Translations under genes and position numbers: made by a program | Notes under the pieces: generated by a model | The model's input: only the letters and a program-made list of their open reading frames with translations | Databases searched by the model: none | Told to the model about the DNA's origin: nothing | Assembly: GCF_025526975.1 (NCBI RefSeq) | Contig: NW_026515669.1 | Span: 992,001 to 1,056,000, forward strand | Source of the DNA: Fimicolochytrium jonesii | Lineage: Eukaryota | Length of the DNA: 64,000 nucleotides | Direction: 5' to 3' | In this document: positions 60,469 through 64,000 of the stretch, one piece after another | Layout: every line of letters begins with the position of its first letter | Position numbering within the stretch: position 1 is the stretch's first letter

Positions 60469-61417
60469 ATGATGGGAACCAGGGTTCAAGGGGATGGCTC
60501 CCCGTTACTGGAACACGGTACGTGCTTCCTAGGTTCTGAGGTTCTGGCGCTGTACGAGCGCACGGAGCACCCATCAGCAAAGAAGTTCTTCGAACCGCTT
60601 GCAGTAACATTCCATTACGGTAACTATACTCCTCGCATAGCGACATCCTTCCACTAACCTGGATGTGTTGTCAGATATGTTGATTGAACTGGGGGGTTGA
60701 GGCAATCTTGCTGCCGCTCAATTGTTGCTTGTTTATGGAGCAGACGTCAAAGGCCCACCTCTGCCTCCCGGTCGTCGGCAAACGATGTCTAGATCGGTGG
60801 CGGGCACTCTGATGTTTTCACGTTCCTGTTGGAACGAAAAGCCTCGGTCAAGCATCCTTGTCCTTTGGAAATCGCTATTGGAAGTCACGAGGGGTTGCAT
60901 TGGGCGACCAAATTCTCGCCATGGGCGCTCCGCTCAACTGGAAGGCCATAAGCAAGGCGATCTACATATCACTCAGTTTCTTCCGGCTTGTTGTGCTGCA
61001 TCCAGATGCAAGCGTACTTTGGAAGACAAGCGATATCGGAGGGTGGATGAAGTAGTGGCGTGTGTATCGGGCACCGACTGGAACATTGATGCATTCTGGA
61101 TTCTGCAGGAGGAGTTGGGATTCGACTTGCGGGAATACAGGGGATTCATTCTCAATAACGCCGGGAGGCATCTGGAAGTCGTGACGCGATACCTTGATAG
61201 TCTGGCCGATGCTCTTCGAAGGATGGGAACCGACTTGCGGCAATGCAAGGATTTGATGTTCCGTGGTATTTGGCCCTCGTACAGCGATACCTTTGGAGTC
61301 TGGCTAATTGCGGTTAAGCTCGCGGGAATTCATGGATATGATATTCACAGTAACGCTGGGGGGCGTTCGGACCCCGTCCCGCAAAGCAACCTTGATAGTC
61401 TGAGTGACGGAGCTTGA
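60469..61417 (+). pseudogene. Probable decayed ankyrin-repeat gene
   Basis: Ankyrin-like fragments occur in three different frames: GNLAAAQLLLVYGADV (preceded by an in-frame TGA), GGHSDVFTFLLERKASV...PLEIAI (preceded by TAG at 60790) and GDQILAMGAPLNWKAISKAI. Confidence 0.45.
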
Positions 61418-61705
61418 GATGACGGTGGAAGGGTGGAAACGGGTCATAGTACCCAGATTTAGTATACTGTACGAGGACACACATGCAAATACAGATTTTC
61501 GAGCTGAGAGTGTGTTGGGAGCGTGGGTCCCGGTCAAGAGGAGTCCTTAGTACTAAAGTGTCGAGATCGGGATGCCCACTCGCGGCCGAAGTCTGACCGT
61601 GTTCTCATGTGCCTGCCGGGAGAGCTCTCGCTCGCAGCTTTTGGCTCTTTTGGTTCATCAGCGTGCAGATTCGGTGCTTTTGTGACAGGCGAAGAACCAT
61701 CAGCT

Positions 61706-62844
61706 ATGGCATCTATTATCCGTCCGCGGGTGCTGCACGGCGCTGTCGCAACATATCGAAACACAATGTCTTGCCCGACGCCAGTGCGAAGTGCGATACT
61801 CGTTCTCGGGTCGCCGTGCCAGGGACATTCTGGAACGAGGCTTTATGCCTCGTTTACCAAGCGGTGCTGCATTTCGAACGCCTCTACGATGTCTTCGGGC
61901 TTCCTTCTACCCTCGAGAGCAAATGGAAAACCTTATTACGCCTTGCCCGCGTTCTCTGTCAGGCCCATTGTCCGGTGTGCGACAACGTCTTCCACCAACC
62001 CGGAAGAGAACGAAGATCCCGCCACTGCTGCGAAAAGGAGAGCGGCCGAAGCGAAGTATAGGCGCCGACGGGAATTCTGGATGCGTTTGCGGTTCGAAAC
62101 TCTGGATACCATATATCGAAGTGAGTTTTCTGCACTGGTCGTCATTTGTCAGCTGTTCACCTCGTCCTAATCTTTGGTTTTGCCCTGCTAGTCACACATG
62201 CAATACAGTCCCTCGGCTACGTGGCCGTTCTCATAGGAGGGCTTGGTGTACTCGGCGGATCCTTTTACTATCTATCTTTGGATATCGTAGACCAGACTGA
62301 AGCATGGTCCATCTACGAAGCCACGGCAGCTCTTATTGCTGACGATGCACGCGTGCGGGCGCTGGTGGGGGATGACGCAGAGGTGATGGCGGACCCCACG
62401 GCTGGGAAAGGTCGACGACGATTGGGGTCGGATTCACTGAGCCATAATGTGATACAAGATGCGGATGGGAAGCTGACGCTTTGTATGCGGTTTTATGTTG
62501 TGGGGGCAAGAGGGACTGCTTCGGTTCATGTCGAGCTTGTACCGGTATGGGGCATTTACTTCGGTTCGGAAGTTGTCACGTCTGCGCTTTTGCTAAGAAT
62601 CCTGACTCCCACCACACAGACAACCGGCGACACAGCAGACGTCTCGGCTGCATCTCCTGCTTTGAACTCTGGCAGCCGAAAATGGAGGCATCAACTGATC
62701 CAAGTCATTCCGGCATATAAGAAAGGACGGACGGTCACTATCGTTGACACTCGGCCAGTTCATGTAATACAGCCCGAGGAGGTGAAGAAGACTGGACTAT
62801 TCGGATTCGCGGCGCGAGCCGCTGGTAGTCGGCGATCTGCATAG
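61706..62844 (+). CDS. TIM21: Mitochondrial inner-membrane Tim21-like protein
   Basis: Arg/Ser-rich presequence-like N-terminus; single TM YVAVLIGGLGVLGGSFYYL; intermembrane-space domain IYEAT...DARVRALVG...DADGKLTLCMRFYVVGARGTASVHVE; intron about 62121-62208. Confidence 0.8.
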
Positions 62845-63559
62845 GCACGAATCATTGCGAGAAAGCGTGACTAGGCGTAGCGACGCAGGCGTAGGATCTC
62901 GTAGGCATCCAGAGGCGCTCTGATGCTGACAAAGGCCGAGCTAGTAACGGCAATCCACCCACCCCTCAAAAACTGAATGTCCGGTATCTTGTAGAATAGC
63001 ATAGCATACTGTAGCACTTCCCGGCGCATACATAACCAACTTCTTGAACTCGAAGTGTCAACATCATCGCTATAATACATGGGCATAAGGCCAAGGGGAG
63101 CTGGGAAGTCAAAGGCCGCGGAAGCTTCTTGTTGTTCGCCGGTGTGTGAAAGTGTACTGTCTGTGTTCGCGCGTCCTCGGTAATTGGCATAATGAACGGC
63201 CACTCACGTCCGCCGGGGCCCCCTTGAACTTGCGCCGGAATTCCTGGAACCCCACGGCTTCCACAGCCATTCTACGGTACCCGACTGATCAGCATAGGCC
63301 TGAGTTCGCCTTCTGAAGTGTCGTAACCAGCCGCTCTCTGAATTCGAAGCCAAGCTCTCAGAAGTGTTTCCAGCCACCACTAGGCATTTCACACCCGCTG
63401 CCAAAACTACAGCGCGGGCTCCTGTAGAGAGCTACTCGACGAAACTTACCGGCCACCGTTCGCTTGAGACAGGACATCAGGATCAGAAGACAAGGGGTGA
63501 CGATAGAGACAGCTGGCCGGCCTTGGGGTCCCCCGTGTGAGCGAGCTTCAGTGACAAGC

Positions 63560-64000
63560 ATGTCGCATAACTATCCAGGTCAAGAGGAGTTGCGCTACCC
63601 TCTGTCATACGGCAACCCGCAGCAACAGCAGCAGAGCAACCCTTCGGCGTATCAATACCATCCAGCTGAGAATAGATATGGGAATCCGGTGCACACAGCG
63701 GAGCAGCAGTATGACGTGGACTTCAACGGAGATGTGGACTTGGATATGATTCTCGGTCTGTTGAACGAGAACTCACCCACCACAGTACGACGCGCCGGAC
63801 AGGCTGCCGCCGCCGCTGCCGCCGACGGAACGCTTTCCAATCCGAATGTATCGCCAGATGCTGCTAGCGGTGTGCCGTCTGGGCAATTCTACAGTTCGGC
63901 ATATCCCGGTTCAGCTGGCGGACACTCGTCGACCAACGTAGTCGGATCCCTGTTGAGAGAGGCTGGATACCGTGATCCTGGGGACCCGTCCGTAGATTCT
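63560..64000 (+). CDS. 5' part of a gene running off the window (Gln/Ala/Ser-rich N-terminus, possibly a transcription regulator)
   Basis: ATG at 63560 opens a frame with no stop before the window end: MSHNYPGQEELRYPLSYGNPQQQQQ...DVDLDMILGLLNE...AAAAAAA. Confidence 0.65.
   Translation, partial: MSHNYPGQEELRYPLSYGNPQQQQQSNPSAYQYHPAENRYGNPVHTAEQQYDVDFNGDVDLDMILGLLNENSPTTVRRAGQAAAAAAADGTLSNPNVSPDAASGVPSGQFYSSAYPGSAGGHSSTNVVGSLLREAGYRDPGDPSVDS

Overview
Gene-dense, intron-containing eukaryotic DNA with short GT-AG introns (mostly 40-110 nt) and CTAAC-type branch points. It is most consistent with a zoosporic fungus (chytrid-like). This is inferred from fungal-type genes, a full gamma-TuRC subunit (GCP4) and a beta-tubulin with the axonemal EGEF motif. 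I can support about 29 protein-coding loci: an OPA/GlpT-like MFS transporter, GCP4, a type I Baeyer-Villiger monooxygenase, beta-tubulin, kinesin-14, three predicted surface/GPI-type proteins, a PAF-acetylhydrolase, a stand-alone response regulator, a secreted EEP hydrolase, two CCHC zinc-knuckle proteins (one Air1/2-like), a membrane-anchored methyltransferase, phytochelatin synthase, an F-box/LRR protein, a PH-domain protein, a pepsin-like protease, Tim21 and several orphans. There is also a probable ankyrin pseudogene. The most striking find is a six-exon gene (56389-59641, minus strand) whose membrane part aligns by eye, motif after motif, with animal STRA6, the retinol-binding-protein receptor, including its calmodulin-binding tail. 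Unlike animal STRA6 it carries a signal peptide and a galactose-binding/FBA-like ectodomain. Other notable observations: GCP4, beta-tubulin and kinesin-14 lie within 13 kb and have cell-cycle-like promoter motifs. A hidden 85-aa two-exon His-containing gene with twin TATA boxes sits just downstream of phytochelatin synthase. One oversized intron holds a hairpin and a G-quadruplex-capable repeat. C-rich/G-rich skew blocks alternate along the window. No rRNA, tRNA, CRISPR array or intact transposon was recognised. All homology calls come from remembered family motifs, not database searches, and exon boundaries were read by eye.
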